A stretch of 64,000 bases of DNA from Eledone cirrhosa (GCA_964016885.1 OZ024742.1:321780001-321844000), one strand, 5' to 3'. Positions 41,467-57,095 are shown, counted from the first letter of the stretch. The notes: a model not told the origin generated them from the sequence alone. Made by a program: numbers and translations.

Positions 41467-42599
41467 CGACAAAACTAACACAATCATTACCACCATCAAG
41501 TAAAACAACATCAACAACGACAAAAGTAATAATAGGAAGTTATAAAATAATTGTACACACGGATAAAAATACTGCATTTCAGTTTTAATAGTTCTTTATA
41601 TTGTTTGTCGTTATGTGGCAAAGATGTTTGTGTTTAAACACGAACTTTAACAAAGTAACACCCGATATCTTCCCGAGGGGAAGTTGCAACATCATAAGGA
41701 AGTTATTTATTATACCAGAGAATGTTGATTATATTAAACCCAGTTCTATACTGGTATTATATTTTATCGACCCCAGGATGAAAGGCGGTATTTCAATACA
41801 GAACATAAAGGCCCGTAACTAAATGTCGCAAACCATTCTGTCCAAGCCTCAAACGATTCTGCCAATCCACCACCCTCAACGCTGTCAAAATAGTGAAGTT
41901 CAAGCCACTATTCGGATACACATGCATTATATATAAAAAGACAACAACATGTACACACACATATACATGTATATATATCATGAAGTTATATCTGTATATA
42001 TATAGAGTGGGTAGTCGAGACTGCCCCAATGTATATATATAAATGTACACATTACAAATATGTAGACATGAAAATATGCCAGAAAATATAAAAAATAATA
42101 AACACTTTTAAACGATTTTCCGACCTAGTGGGGTCCTCATCAGTAGGTGTGTATATCTTCAGTGTGTATATAACAGCCACAAGGAAACACGTGTTTCGTT
42201 GGCTTATATATCCATTCGCTCTTAGTAGTATTCTGAGATGTATTAATCTACATATACTTAGCACTGGTGTTTGTAGTTGATTAAGATATGTTAAGAAGCC
42301 CGCTCAGCAGCCGAAAAGTACGAGAAAGTTATATCTGTATATTCAAATACCTGTTTCCTTGTGGTTGTATGGATGATATATTGGCCTTCTTATGAGGGTC
42401 CAACTAGGTCCAAAAAGCAATTAAAGGGGTTTATCATTTTTTCAATTTACAGGAACATTTTCTGGCATGTTTACATGCCTACTGATTAAGAATACACACA
42501 CACACACACACACACACGGCTGAGGTTGAAGGAGCAGAATAACGGTCGCCCTCGGGTCCTCGATTTTCAGCCCCATGGATTTTATCTATTACATTCACG

Positions 42600-42865
42600 T
42601 ATTATATTTCGAATACCTGATGATATCACCGGATTCATACGGAACCCGGTCATTAAAATGATCATAGTATAATAAACCTTTCAAGGATTTACACAAATCC
42701 AGCCTCCTGTCATTTCATTATAATATTTAACTCCGTAATAGCACCACCAACTACAAAAACAAAGACGGTTGAACTGCTTTACGTTGAGTACTCTCTATAT
42801 TATTACATTACGATTGACCATACGGAATAGACCAGCTCTATACAGTGGTGAACCTCAAACCTGAA
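42600..42865 (+). mobile_element. Solo PLE pseudo-LTR, same family as 26.4 kb
   Basis: Aligns to 26385-26648; the GAAA core reads AAAA here. Confidence 0.7.
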
Positions 42866-42901
<36 letters not shown>

Positions 42902-43099
42902 CACACATTGGTGGAGTCTTGGTTACACACTGTATATAAACAGATATTGCTTTATGGCACACTTCGGCTGCTTAACGTACTTCTTAGTATGTCTATGTAT
43001 ATGTATATGTGTGTATATGTATATGTATATGTGTGTATATGTGTGCATATATATATATATATATATATACATATATATACATACATATAAATATAGGAT

Positions 43100-43311
43100 C
43101 GATCGACTTTCGTCAAATCGGACCGAGGAAACAATGTTTTCGTCAGTCTTTCCAGTTGCTAATACTATCTATCGGTCGCAACTCCAGGTAGAAGGAGCAA
43201 CGTGAAATAAAGTGTCTTGCTCAAGGACATAACGCATCGCCGGGTCCAGGAATCGAACTCACAATCTCAAGATTGTGAATCAAATTCTCTAACCACTCAG
43301 CCACACGCCTT
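43100..43311 (-). mobile_element. tRNA-derived SINE, family 2
   Basis: Reverse complement of 39933-40153. Confidence 0.75.
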
Positions 43312-43359
43312 CATATATATATACATTATATATATATATATATATATTTATATGTATAC

Positions 43360-43392
<33 letters not shown>

Positions 43393-43394
43393 AC

Positions 43395-43815
<421 letters not shown>

Positions 43816-44528
43816 GTGTCACTTTTGAGCTGACTTTTGGGTGCTACACGAGAATGTATTATAGTAGAATACACTGTATTTAAAATCATTAGCTCCCCTT
43901 ATTCACTTCCGGAAATTAACGATTGAAAAATTTACCGGTTGATCAACTATAGTCCATGAATATGATAAGACTAATTTACAATCCATTGCTCTAACTAACT
44001 TAAAACATGCAATATAAACATTAACTAAAATTTAATTCAACTTATGTGATGGAAAAGACTGTAAAATCTTTATGTTTCTCAACGCACACACATTCAAACA
44101 CCATCAACATATTATATCCACCATAGACTTTAATACATTAACATATTTGCTTAAAGTGCCGTATTTATTTATCTATATATGCATAATAACTTTGCTTGTT
44201 TCCTTCTCATATATATGACTAACGCATGTGAACTCTTCACACGCCTGCATATGAATTGTTAATGTACTCTTCCTTTCTCAAAACTCCTTTCTCAATGCCT
44301 CTTTAATGATTGGACTATTCTCTTGTTTTATCTGTTGCATGTATTCCACTCTGTGCTTTTAATTTGAATTTGAATTTTTGTACAATTATAGTACAATTCT
44401 CGTAAAATATATGTCACATCCATTCCACCCTGTAAATACGAAACTGTTGCTCACAACATCAATATATATGTATATATATTATTGTTCAGTTGAATAGGAG
44501 GTTAACTATATGTACAAACATTGATAAT

Positions 44529-44573
44529 GCTCCGATGATTCCAAACGAGAGTTTGGAAGAAACGATTGTCAGC
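44529..44573 (+). ncRNA. Degenerate hammerhead motif
   Basis: gct CCGATGA ttccaaac gaga gtttggaa GAAA cgattg TC agc (one core substitution). Confidence 0.6.
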
Positions 44574-44851
44574 TATTAAATGATTTGAACACAACTTTGA
44601 TAATTGCCTAATTTATTTATTTTCCTGCTCTGTAAAACAACTGATGTTCTTACATTGAGCTATTTCTCTTACTGGTAATAAGGTAGTAGGAAATTACTGA
44701 CCTTTCCTGTTTATAGTTGTTTATAGTATATACATAACTATAAATATAGTAAATGTAGTAAACAACCCAACCAGAAACTGGGCATATCAGAGTATTGACA
44801 AAGTTAAACACCTCAACAACATGTGTACTCGTCTCTACCACACTAATTCGG

Positions 44852-44960
44852 ACTGCCTGAAGAGGTCACAGCCAAAGATGGCTGTCACCGAAATATATAT
44901 AGCAGTAATTAACGAAGCCAAATTTTAAATATTTGACTTATTTATTTTAGTTTATTTTAT
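44852..44960 (+). ncRNA. Hammerhead-containing pseudo-LTR 3' part, copy of 34780-34888
   Basis: About 108 bp, near-identical. Confidence 0.8.
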
Positions 44961-45433
44961 ATATATATATATGTATATATATGGTGGTTGTAGAAAGAGC
45001 TCTTTAGTTGAGTCAATGACAACAACCTCGCTAGTGTTAGTGCCACGATAAAACGCACCCAGGAGCCTATATGAAGGGGATAGTGTTACGAAGTCAAAGG
45101 GCATCCAGCCGTGGAAACCATGCCAAACCTGGTTGGAAAATCGTTCAGTTACGGCATGACTTTAGTCATGGTTGGTAATAGGACGGGCATTCAGCCGTGG
45201 AAACCAAGCCCATAAAAAGTTAAGAGGACTCTTCATTTGTAACAAATAACATGACCAACCTCTCTGGTGCACTTAAGACGGTAAAATATGCGGCACATTT
45301 TGTAGAGTGAAGGAACGTATGTAAGCGACTCATTTAAGAGATCGATGGTTCAGATTAAGTTTTACTTGGTCTGTGACCGCCTGTCCAACCCTTGGTAACA
45401 GGGATATCAAGTGATGATGATGATTATGTATGG

Positions 45434-45482
<49 letters not shown>

Positions 45483-45770
45483 TCTCTCTGTTAAGCTATG
45501 TATAATCTATTCATCTATCTGTCTGTCTATTCTATATATTACCATATGATGCAATATACCGAATACTCTGTCTTTAAGATAGCTAGTTCGCACAAATATA
45601 TTTATTTTTTGATACCCAGATTCCTGATGATTTCTAAAGAATGAAACAGTTCTAGTCCTGTAGAATCTCATCTATATTAAAACTATATATATTCGCACCG
45701 TTTCCTTTCGCTATATGTCTCTCCACCACTCCCCTACACACCTTTTGAACTCTGTTCCCACACACTTCTC

Positions 45771-45802
45771 ACCTGAAGAAGGGCTTATGCCCGAAACGTC
45801 GT
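45771..45802 (+). ncRNA. Very minimal hammerhead motif; similar architecture at 23852-23887
   Basis: ac CTGAAGA a gggc ttat gccc GAAA cg TC gt. Confidence 0.55.
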
Positions 45803-45888
45803 CCCCCACCTACCCCCCACTCTCCTGAGCGTGAATTTAATAAACATTTATTGTACTGCCTCTCTGTTCTGTCCCTGTTCAATTTTTC

Positions 45889-45990
<102 letters not shown>

Positions 45991-46166
45991 TGCGTGTGTG
46001 TGTGTATGTGTGTGTGTGTGTGCGCGCGCGCGCGCGTAAGGTTTGTTTGAAACGAACATAGGAAAACCAGTAACCATTTAATCACTTCTAAAACTTATAC
46101 CACATCCATTATATATGTGTATGTAAGTATGTGAATATATATGTGTTTGCATGTGTGTATGTGTAC

Positions 46167-46235
<69 letters not shown>

Positions 46236-47538
46236 GTTTTTGTTTTCCGTTCTGATTGTTTTTTTTTATTTCTCTGTTCTATCTATAGCTAATCGTAAAG
46301 TCAAAAATAATTTCGTAGAAGGCTTTCCACCACCCTCGCCACCACTACGACCGCTATTACATTCTTCATAAACCCTACCACCACCACCACCACCACCACC
46401 AGCACTACAATCACCACCACTACCACCACCACCACCACCACTACCACCACCACCACCAGCACTACAACCATCACCACCTCCACTAGCACCACCACCACCA
46501 CCACCAGTCTACCACCATCACCACTATCCTCCACCAACACCCGCACCACCACTACCCCACCCCCACCACCATTACGATATACGACGCCCCAGACCTTGAC
46601 TTTTGTTAGATGCATGTGTAAAACATTAAACAGCAGCTGATAATGAATCACATACACACTCAAACCCACACATACACATATATGCAAACACACGTGTATG
46701 TATATATATATATGAGTGTATGTGTGTGTGTGTGTACACACATATACATACAAACATATTTACACATACATGTACACTCACATACATATACAATCTCACA
46801 TATACACGCATACACACAAATTCACGCACGCTTATACACACACACACACATACACACGCACATACACAAACTTACACACGTATACACACACACGTAATCA
46901 CACACTCACACACACACACACGTAATCACACACTCACACACATAGTGTTACACAAGCACATATGTGCATGGATATAGCATGAGTCCCTGTTCCTGACCTT
47001 GTGATCATTAACCCTGGTGGGGTGTCGAAGGGGTGGTGGTGAGGAGTGGAGGTGGTGCTATGGAGTGGAGGTGGTGGTGGTAATGGTGCCGATGGTAGTG
47101 GTGATGGTGGTGGTGAGGAGTGGTGTTGGTGGTGCCGGTGATAGTGGTGGTGATGGTGATGGTGGTGGTGGTGGAGGTGATGGTGGTGGTGGTGGTGGTG
47201 ATGGCGATGGTGGTGGTGGTGGTGGTGGTGGTGGTGGTGGTGGTGGTGGTGGTGGTGAGGAGTGGTGTTGATGGTGCTGCCGGTGATAGCAGTGGTGATG
47301 GTGGTGGTGGTGGTGGTGGTGGTGGTGGTGGTGGCGGTGATGGTTGTGGTGGTGGTGGTGAGGAGTGGTGTTGATGGTGCTGCCGGTGATAGCGGTGGTG
47401 GTGGTGGTGGTGGTGGTGGTGATGGTTTTAGTTGGTAGTGGTAGCGGGGTTGATGGTAAAATATTACGTTCTATATAGTTTTAAACAACGCAGGCATGTT
47501 ACATATATATATATGAGTTATTAACTCTGCCTTTTGTT

Positions 47539-47587
<49 letters not shown>

Positions 47588-47626
47588 TAATTTCAAACCT
47601 GCTCACTGTTTCAAAACATACTTACT

Positions 47627-47687
<61 letters not shown>

Positions 47688-47726
47688 TAATTTCAAACCT
47701 GCTCACTGTTTCAAAACATACTTACT

Positions 47727-47772
<46 letters not shown>

Positions 47773-47876
47773 GACATAACAAATCGTCCTTTTTATTATT
47801 ATTATGTCGATAAAATAAAGCGCCAGTAATGCACTTGGGTAATTGCTGGCCTAGTGCCAAAATTAGAAACAATTAT

Positions 47877-47921
<45 letters not shown>

Positions 47922-48024
47922 CAAAAGGGATATTCAATTTGTTGGTAATTCAACAAATATAAATGTTTATAACTGATTCAGAGCACTCGACAGTTTTCTA
48001 GAGTATAATATTCAATTATATAAA

Positions 48025-48580
48025 AAAAGTGTGTAAATATGTATATACAAATGTACATATGTATGTATATGTGTATATACATGGGTGCATGTGTATGTAG
48101 ATGCGCAGAGACATAGAAATAGTCAGCTAACTGGACTATTGCTCTCGGCTGTGGTTGCCCCACAGTGTCAATATGAACATAGAGAGCTGGAGTTGTGAGG
48201 TGTGGCATCATCTACTGCTCTCTAAAAACCTGGGTACATCAGTCATTTAAAATCACATGAAAAGCCAACTGTATGCACCTCTATGCCTCCAATACTAGGG
48301 GAGATAACAAGTGTGGTGTGCAAATAACTCTGCAAATCAATTTCTAGTTTTAAAAGGCACATGTGGGTACATAAGGATGACATCTCACAAACTGATCCAA
48401 TCAATCCAATAGAGGGCACATCTTTTGACTGTCACATTTGCTGCAGACCGTGCATTTCTGCAGCGGGACTTAAAAGCCACCTAAGAGGGCTTGAACTGAC
48501 GTTTGGAGTTGGTGTCGGTTGATGGGGGTGCATAAAGAGACGGTAATCTGCAAAGATGAAGTAATCACCATGTATGTATG
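48025..48580 (+). mobile_element. RTE-like LINE 3' remnant with three degenerate C2H2-type zinc fingers and a short (TATG) tail
   Basis: SCEVW...GYISHLKSH; VVCK*LCKSISSFKRHMWVH; DCHICCRPCISAAGLKSHLR. Confidence 0.65.
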
Positions 48581-48619
48581 CCTGTATGTTGTCTCTTTCT
48601 ATAATTTTTGACTAACCGC

Positions 48620-49570
48620 CTTCCTGGTGGTAAGGTTGTAAAGAATAGGAAATCTTCATCGTTCTTTATGCAATCGTTCATACTTTGGTCCGAGATAGTT
48701 GGTACAATAATAATTGGTATGAAACTGAACGTGTATTTTGGGTACAGAATCTGTAGACCCTTCTCAATGATCTTCCTTCTCTGGTATTTTTCTTACTATA
48801 TTATACCGAGTGGGCAGTTGACTTTTCAACAGAGCAGGTTTTTAATGTGTGGTCCTAAATAATAATGGTTTCAGATTTGAGGAAAGGGAAAGTCGATTAA
48901 ATTGACCCAAGTGCATTACTGGTGCTTTCATTTATCGACTCTGTAAGGATGAAAGGCAAATCTAACCTCGACGGGATTTGAACTGAGAACGTAAAGAACC
49001 GTAATTCTATGCGGCGAAGCATGGTGTCCGATGCTCTACCGATACTGCCAATCCACCGCCAGCCGATTGTGTTTTAATTTGGTGATGGTTTTTATTTTTA
49101 CGTTCCACCAATATTCTTTTGAGCCATCAGTCTCAACATATTTCTCTGTATTCGATCTTATTTTCCTCTTCCGTAGTGCATTCCAGATCGTTCTAGCTAT
49201 CACATTTTAGTCGCAGTTGGCTATAATGTGACTAACATCTTCAATCTTTGTTTTGCACACCCTACATTTCTTCTGAACTGGTGACTTTTCTCTTTTGTGC
49301 AGAAGGTACTTGGTGGGGATTTCTTATTCCTGAATTGCATGGAGGTATCATTCAACGTGGGATGTTATGAAATTGTGGGAACTCCGTGTCAAGCTTTTGG
49401 TGTGGTTTATCTCATCTACGGCCTGCCTTTTTCATCTGTAGTACCCATGTATAATCTTCTCAGTGAACTGATCAAATCGATCTCATATTTATCTAGAGAC
49501 AGGGAGAAAAGCACGTACTTTAAGCACGATGTATGTGGATCTGCCATATGCACATACTCGTAAGTTAACC
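48620..49570 (-). mobile_element. Decayed R4/Dong-like RLE non-LTR fragment, interrupted by a family 1 SINE (48862-49060)
   Basis: Minus-strand remnants YLHAIQE*EIPTKYL, KCRVCKTKIEDVSHIIANC, ARTIWNAL, LQILYPKYTFSFIPIII. Confidence 0.55.
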
Positions 49571-49728
49571 TTCATCACCATTGGCAACTGAGTCTCGGAA
49601 GACCATGCTTAATGCGCCTGGAGTTATGTCTAGTCACAGGCATTGTCTGTTGTGACTGCACAGACCGATGTGTGAGTGACAGTCTTTGTTGCACTTCGTG
49701 CAGATACATATGCAATCCTGAATACATG

Positions 49729-49818
<90 letters not shown>

Positions 49819-49819
49819 C

Positions 49820-49854
<35 letters not shown>

Positions 49855-49945
49855 TCTATTAAATTATGTTATCAAACACTATTATTTATATCATAATTTA
49901 ATTAACAATTGTTTCTTCCAGTTTTATATTTGAAAAGGAATTTCT

Positions 49946-50105
49946 TTATGTGAAGTATATGTATGTATTTATGTATGTATGTATGTATATATGTATGTAT
50001 TTATGTATGTATTTATGTATGTATGTATATATGTATGTATATATGTATGTATTTATGTATGTATGTATATATGTATGTATATATGTATGTATGTTTATAT
50101 GTATG

Positions 50106-50136
<31 letters not shown>

Positions 50137-50197
50137 ATTTGTATTTATGCATGTATGTACGTATATATGTATGTATGTATATATGTATGTATGTATG
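49946..50197. repeat. (TATG)n microsatellite
   Basis: Direct reading. Confidence 0.9.
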
Positions 50198-51492
50198 TCA
50201 GGTCACCACTTGGTGCTACTGGTAACATGTATCCCAGTACAACCTGTCTCATGGTCGGGTCGTTGGCGACTAAACTGGCAACCCCACTAAGGTTTCTTGG
50301 TGAGGAGGGTGACTTTGGACATCCTGCAGGACTAAAAACAAAACCTGTCAAAGGGCAAAGGAGCTCTTAAGAGTCAATGGCCATCCAAAATCACTGGGAG
50401 AGATGACCCCTTAGCCTTTGTCAAGGCAGAATTCTAGGAGAAGGAAAACTCTGATATAACACCTGCAACCCTGATGGTATCCAATGATGTTGACTTGTTC
50501 TTCTTTTTGGTAAATATCATCTTGGTTAAGAGAGTGGGACTGGCTTTGTGCAGTGCCTTTGCTCACTATAAAAGCTTCACGGCACAGGCATTGCTTTATA
50601 TCTGGAGATCTCTCTGCACTTGCCGTCACATGGTACCATGGGCCCAGCACTATGTGTCAATAATTGTCACAAGTGTAGTGTTTGTACCAGAGTTTTCAAG
50701 TCGCTGGCTGGACTAAAATGTCACACTCGTTCAGCGCATCGGTAGGGGTTCTCCTACATGGATATAAAGTAGTGGCCGTACTCGAAAACGAGTTGGCAGC
50801 CACCATGTATGTATGTATGTACATATGTACGTATGTATGTATGTCGGGTCACTCTTGAGTGCTACTGGTAACATGTAACCCAGTACAACCTGTCGCATGG
50901 TCGGGTCGTCGGCGACTAAACCGGCAACCCCATCAAGTTTACTTGGTGAGGAGTGTGATTTTGGACACACTACAAGACAAAAAACAAAACCTTACAAAGG
51001 GCGGAAGAACTCATAAGGGTCAAAAGCCATCCAAAAGTGTGTAAATATGTATATATACACATGTACATATGTATGTATGTGTATATGTGTATATACATGG
51101 GTACATGTGTATGTATATGCGCGGAGGACATAGAAATAGTCGGGCTGGACACCCGACACGCGGTTAAACCACTGGGAGTGAAGGACCCCTAGCCTTTCTC
51201 AGGGCATTCTTCTAAGAGAAGGCAACTCAGGAAACTGGGATAACTCTGATATAAAACCTGCGGCTCAGTAGTTTCCGATGATGTTGATCTTTTCTTCATT
51301 TCGGGTTATAGCTACTGTTTCTCAGAGAGTGGGATTGGCTCAGTGCACAGTCTTTCCTCACTTTAAAAAATATCTTCACGCACAGGCATTGCACGATAGA
51401 ATTAATTAATAATTATTAATAATGGTATATCGTGCAATGGCCATACTCGATAACGAGGGGGCAGCCATCATTATGTATGTATGTATGTATGT
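50198..51492 (+). mobile_element. Tandem stack of RTE-derived non-autonomous elements separated by (TATG)n
   Basis: Head GGTCAC..GTGCTACTGGTAACATG at about 50201 and 50847; bodies match 28.4-29.3 kb and 41.0-41.3 kb. Confidence 0.65.
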
Positions 51493-51649
51493 ATCGCCAA
51501 TGCAGAACGACTGCCACATGATGTCACATCATTAAAAAAAGGAATAAATGAGCAAAACAAGTATAAACACCCAGCGTTTGTACCTGAACTATCTAGTATA
51601 TATATTTCTATATATATATAGAGAAATATATATATATACATATATATAC

Positions 51650-51711
<62 letters not shown>

Positions 51712-52069
51712 GTACTCAATATCCGGGTACGTATATGTTACACCAATCCTTATTTTCCTCTTCGTTTTCTCCTCCATGCACCGTGTATGTGGGTTCTAAC
51801 CGCAGAAAGACACCAATTTCCTAAACAAACAGATGTTTATTTCGTATTTTTCAAATTTCTATTTTATTTTATTTTATTTGCTTTATTTTATTTTGTTTTA
51901 TTGGGTAGAAGTGAGGACAAAGGGGAGAGGGGACTATTTATTTATATTTTGTTGTTTTTCTTCTATTTCTTCCTATTTTATGTCATTATCTTGTTTATCT
52001 ATTTATTTATTTTCAACTGTTATCAATTTTACGCTCTGTTTACACTGTTTGACGATGATTGTTGTTGTT

Positions 52070-52395
52070 TGGGTGATGGTGGTGGTAGTGGTGGTGGTAG
52101 CAGTAGTGGCGGTCGTGGTAGTATTAGTGGTGGTGGTGTTGGTGGTGTTGGTGGTGGTGGTGGTAGTGGTGGTGGTGGTAGTATTGGTGGTGGTGGTGGT
52201 GGTGGTGGCGGTGGTAGCAGTAGTGGTGGTGGTGGTGGTAGCAGTATTGGTAGTGGTGGTGGTGGTGGTGGTATCAGTAGTGGTGATGGTGGTAGTGGTG
52301 GTAGTATTGGTGGTGGTGGTGGTGGTAGCAGTAGTGGTAGTGCTGGTGGTGATGTTTGTGGTGGTGATGTTTGTGGTGGTGTGTTGGTGGTAGTA
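52070..52395. repeat. Degenerate (GGT)n array
   Basis: Direct reading. Confidence 0.9.
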
Positions 52396-53351
52396 GTGAA
52401 GGCACGTGACTTTGTGGTTTGGGTATTCGGTTCATACTCATCGTTGTAACCGACGGAGTGTCAGTGAATAGCGGGTAGCAGTGATGGTGGTGATGGTGAT
52501 GATGGTGATGGTGATAGTAGTGCTGTTGTTGTTGTTGTCGTCGTCGTGCTGTTATTGGTGCTGTAGTTGTTTTATTACTGTTGTTATTTTTGGTGTGTTT
52601 TTTTTTTGTTATCGATACTGTTGTTGTTCTTGTCTTTGTTGATGTTGTTGTTGTTGTTGTTGTTGCTATTGTTGTTTTTACGGGGGGTGGGGGAGCAGCC
52701 AAACTTCCAGTTTCATCTAAATTTCAGGTTCGTTAGTATTTGTTTTGTTCTTTATTTTATTATTTATTTATTTTATATTTATTTTATTTTATTCTTAATT
52801 TTTGAATTATTTTTATATTTTGTTTGTTATTGTTTGTTTTTCACACTATTCAGTTATGTAAGATAAATCCCCACCACCACCACCACCACCACCGCCGCCA
52901 AGCCCCCAAAACCTCCCGATCCCTACTGTTGAAATCTTTGTATTTTTCCAAAATGCACTCCAGTTCCGCTTTTTACCGTCTATGTTATGTTATATCATAC
53001 ATATGTATGTATGTATATATATATATAATATATATATATATAATATATATATATATATCTTAAAACATGGCTTCTTCACGATATCTTAGTTCTTTGTTTA
53101 TTATATTATTTACTTAGTCTTTGGTGTGTTGATGGTGGTGGTGATGGTGGATGGCGTGTCTAGTAATGTTGGCGGTGGTGGTGATGGTGGTGATGGTGGT
53201 GGTGGTGGTGGTGGTGGCGGCAGTGGTGGTAGTGAAAGTGTTACTGTTTTGGAAAGCCACTCTCTTCACAGAGAATGTTTTTTCCTCAGAGCATTAACTT
53301 AGGAGAGGGAAATAGAAAAACAGTGAGACATGGAAGAGAAATTACATACCT

Positions 53352-53389
<38 letters not shown>

Positions 53390-53684
53390 ACGCATACAAA
53401 TACGCACACACACACATTTATATGTATGTATATGTATATATATATATATGTGTGTGTGTGTAAATGTATATATGTACATGCGTTTGCATGAGTGTGTATG
53501 TGTCTGTATGTGAATGTGTGTGTTTGTGTGCTGATATGTATATGTGTGTGTAAAAATCGGGACATCTGATCATCTCTTTGACGTCTCTTTTTTACTGGTG
53601 TTGATGATGATGTAGTTTAGCTTCATGTCAATCCTTATTTAAAGCGGTATTTTGAGGTGAAATTTAGCTATTATTTCTTGTAGA

Positions 53685-53908
53685 GCGGGGGATATGCAAA
53701 ATCGATAGAGTGTCGGGCGCCATACTTCGTAGCATAGAGTTACAGCCCTTTGCGTTCTGAGTTCAAATCCCACCGAGGTTAGCTTTGTCTTTCATCCTTA
53801 CGGGGTGGAGAAAATAAAAAAAACAGTAATGCACTGGGGTCGATTTAATCGACATTCCTCTCCCCCAAAATTGTTGGCCTTGTGCTTAAATCAGAAACCA
53901 TTATTACT
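53685..53908 (+). mobile_element. tRNA-derived SINE, family 1 (diverged)
   Basis: GAGTTCAAATCCCACCGAGG..CTTTCATCCTTACGGGGT. Confidence 0.7.
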
Positions 53909-54229
53909 TGTAGAAGTTCTTTCATTGACTCTAGTAAAGCCCAACCGTGTTTTTAATTCTAAGGACATACATCATTACCAAATTTGGCCACACAAATTCT
54001 GCCCTCCCCTAAATCGGAAGAAGATAAATAAAAAGGGAAACAGAGCAAAAAGAGAAAAAATAATAAATTACCCAAAGTTCTGTTACTATATTCTAGCAGC
54101 AGTACAAATATTCTAGTTGACATTATGGAACTTATTTCAAAGTGTCACGCTGCACTAAATAGTGCCAAAATTACCATCCCATCTGTAAACTGTATTGACA
54201 CTAAACCACACACAAGTACTTTTAGTTTA

Positions 54230-54540
54230 GGCACCGCACTGAGTTAAGAAGTTCTCTTCGCAATCATTAGGACCCGGGTTCGATCCCATTACGTGGTCAC
54301 TCGAGCAAATGTTATTTACCATAATCTCGGGTCGACACATGCCTTGTCATTGAAATTAGTTAGACGGAAACTGTTTCGTAACCCATTGGATGCACTGCAT
54401 ATGATGTAATTCAAATCTTCCTGAGAATAACGTTAAGCGTAGACATGTCTGTGGAATGCTCGGTCACTTACAGGTTAATTCCATAAACAGGCTGTTCAGT
54501 TGATCGAAAAACTAGAACACTCTTCGTCGAAACCGACATA
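54230..54540 (+). mobile_element. Diverged tRNA-headed SINE; a related minus-strand fragment lies at 15-110
   Basis: GGGTTCGATCCC B-box; TAGACGGAAACT motif shared with the window start. Confidence 0.55.
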
Positions 54541-54574
54541 GGTCCATTCCAATGCGCACTAAGTTCAGGAATTG

Positions 54575-54822
54575 CTGGCTGGCCGCTTGTCCATCTGACT
54601 GGCTGACTGGTTAGTTTGGTAGCTGGTTGGCTGGCTAGCTGGCTAATTGTTTCGTTAGTTGATTGGTTGGTTGACCGATGAGCTGGCTGGCTGAATGACT
54701 GATTGACTGGCTGCCTGACTTGTTGGCTGACTGGTTTGCTCGCTGGCCCATTGATTTGCCAGCTCGTTGGCTGGCTGGATGGATGGTTGGCTGGTTGGCT
54801 GGCTGGCTAGCTGGCTGATTGA
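54575..54822. repeat. Degenerate (GGCT/GGTT)n tetranucleotide array
   Basis: Direct reading. Confidence 0.85.
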
Positions 54823-55460
54823 CTCAGGGCTTGTTGTGTAGTTACGAAGTTTGTCTCCAAATTTCGACGTTCTGGTTTCTCTAACATTGTTGGCTCATTG
54901 GTCAAATGACTTCTACCATATTGACTCGATTTTTCTATGAAAGGTGGGGGGGGGGTACACACGAGAGAAATGAAGAAACGAACATATAGAACATAATACA
55001 ATAAACAGAATATATAACTAACATCAACCAACCTATGGAAAAGATCGATGTGATTTCATATGGAGGAGGCGGCGAATTGGCAACGTCGTTGGAGCAGTAG
55101 CTAACGTTTTATGGCCATTTCCCCTGCTAAACCAAGGTTTAGTCTTGTGGGACTCCTGTCAGGCTAAATACTACTCATATGGTCCTTTTTAAAGCAATGT
55201 TTTACAACCGGATTCCCTTCCGGACTCAAACCTATTCAGTTATCTCTTAAGGCATGCAGTGATGGCAAGGTTGTTAGAGCGGACGACGAAGTGTATTTGT
55301 TTTATTTGTTACAGCTGTCTGCATACTGAGTTCAAATCCCGGGGAGGTAAACTATGTTTTACATCATTTCAAGGTCAATAAAATAGAGTACAAGTCCAAG
55401 GGTGGGAGAAGCTTAGAGTATGCCTTGGTATATTTGTTCCGGGTCTTTCAGTTCCTCGTG

Positions 55461-57095
55461 TCACCACCATCACTAACACAACTACTACAACCATCACAAC
55501 CACCACTATCATTAACACAACCACTACCACAACTACTACGACAATCACAACAAACCCCACCACTAGCACCACCACTACCAATACAACTACCATTACGACT
55601 ATCGCAACCGCTATCACCATTTCATCTACTACCACTACCACCACTATTACCCCAACCACTACCATAAGCTATCACTCCCACCACCAATACCATTACAACT
55701 ACCAAAACAACTATCACCACCACCACCACCACCACCACCACTAGCACCACCACCACCACCACTAGAACCACCACTACCACCACACCTACCACCACCACCA
55801 CCACCACCACCACCATCACACCTACCACCACAACTACCAACACAATTATCACCACCACCACCACCACCACCACTACCACCACACCTATCAACACAACTAC
55901 CAACACGACTATCACCACCACCACCACCACCACTACCAGCACACCTACCACCACAACTATCAACACCACCATCACCACCACTAGCACCACCACTACCACC
56001 ACACCTACCACCACAACTATCAACACAACTATCACCACCACTACCAGCACACCTACCACTACCACCACTACCACACCTACCACCACAACTACCAACACAA
56101 CTATCACCACCACCACCACCACCACTTCCAGCACACCTACCACCACAACTACCAACACAACTATCACCACCACCACCACCGCCACCACTACCACCACACC
56201 TACCACCACCACTACCAACACAACTGTCACCACCACCACTACCACTATCACCACCACTACCACCACACCTACCACCACAACTACCAACACAACTATCACC
56301 ACCACCACTACCACTACCACCACCACTACCACCACACCTACCACCACCACTACCAACACAACTATCACCACCACCACCGCCACCACTACCACCACACCTA
56401 CCACAACACCTACCACCACTACTACCAACACAACTATCACCACCACCACTACGACTACCACCACCACTACCACCACACCTACCACCACCACTACCAACAC
56501 AACTATCACCACCACCACCACCACCACTACAACCACACCTACCACCACCACTACCAACACAACTATCACCACCACCACCACCACTACCACCACCACTACC
56601 ACCACACCTACCACCACAACTACCAACACAACTATCACCACCACCACCACCACTACCACCACCACTACCACCACACCTACCACCGCCACTACCAACACAA
56701 CTATCACCACCACCACCACCACTACAACCACGCCTACCACCACTACTACCAACACAACTATCACCACCACCCCCACCACCACTACCACCACCACTACCAC
56801 CACACCTACCACCACCACTACCAACACAACTATCACCACCACCACCACCACCACTACCACCACCACTACCACCACACCTACCATCACCACTACCAACACA
56901 ACTATCACCACCACCACTACCACCACCACTACCACCACAACTACCAACACAACTATCACCACCACCACTACCACCACCACTACCACCACACCTACCACCA
57001 CCACTACCAACACAACTATCACCACCACCACTACCACTCCCACCACCACTACCACCACACCTACCACCACCACCATTACTATTATTACAACTACT
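55461..57095. repeat. (ACC)n-derived minisatellite with a variable unit of about 45-66 bp
   Basis: Recurring ACCACACCTACCACCAC(A/C)ACTACCAACACAACTATCACC, more than 20 copies. Confidence 0.92.

Noticed and set aside
43900-44500. Possible highly decayed PLE ORF upstream of the 44.5 kb hammerhead
   Set aside because: No unambiguous RT or EN motif recoverable by eye.
50201-50290. HDV-like ribozyme in the RTE-derived head (GTCG..CGAC-TAA hairpin)
   Set aside because: A P4/J4-2-like part and a possible P2 are visible, but I could not assign P1, P1.1 and P3 convincingly by eye.
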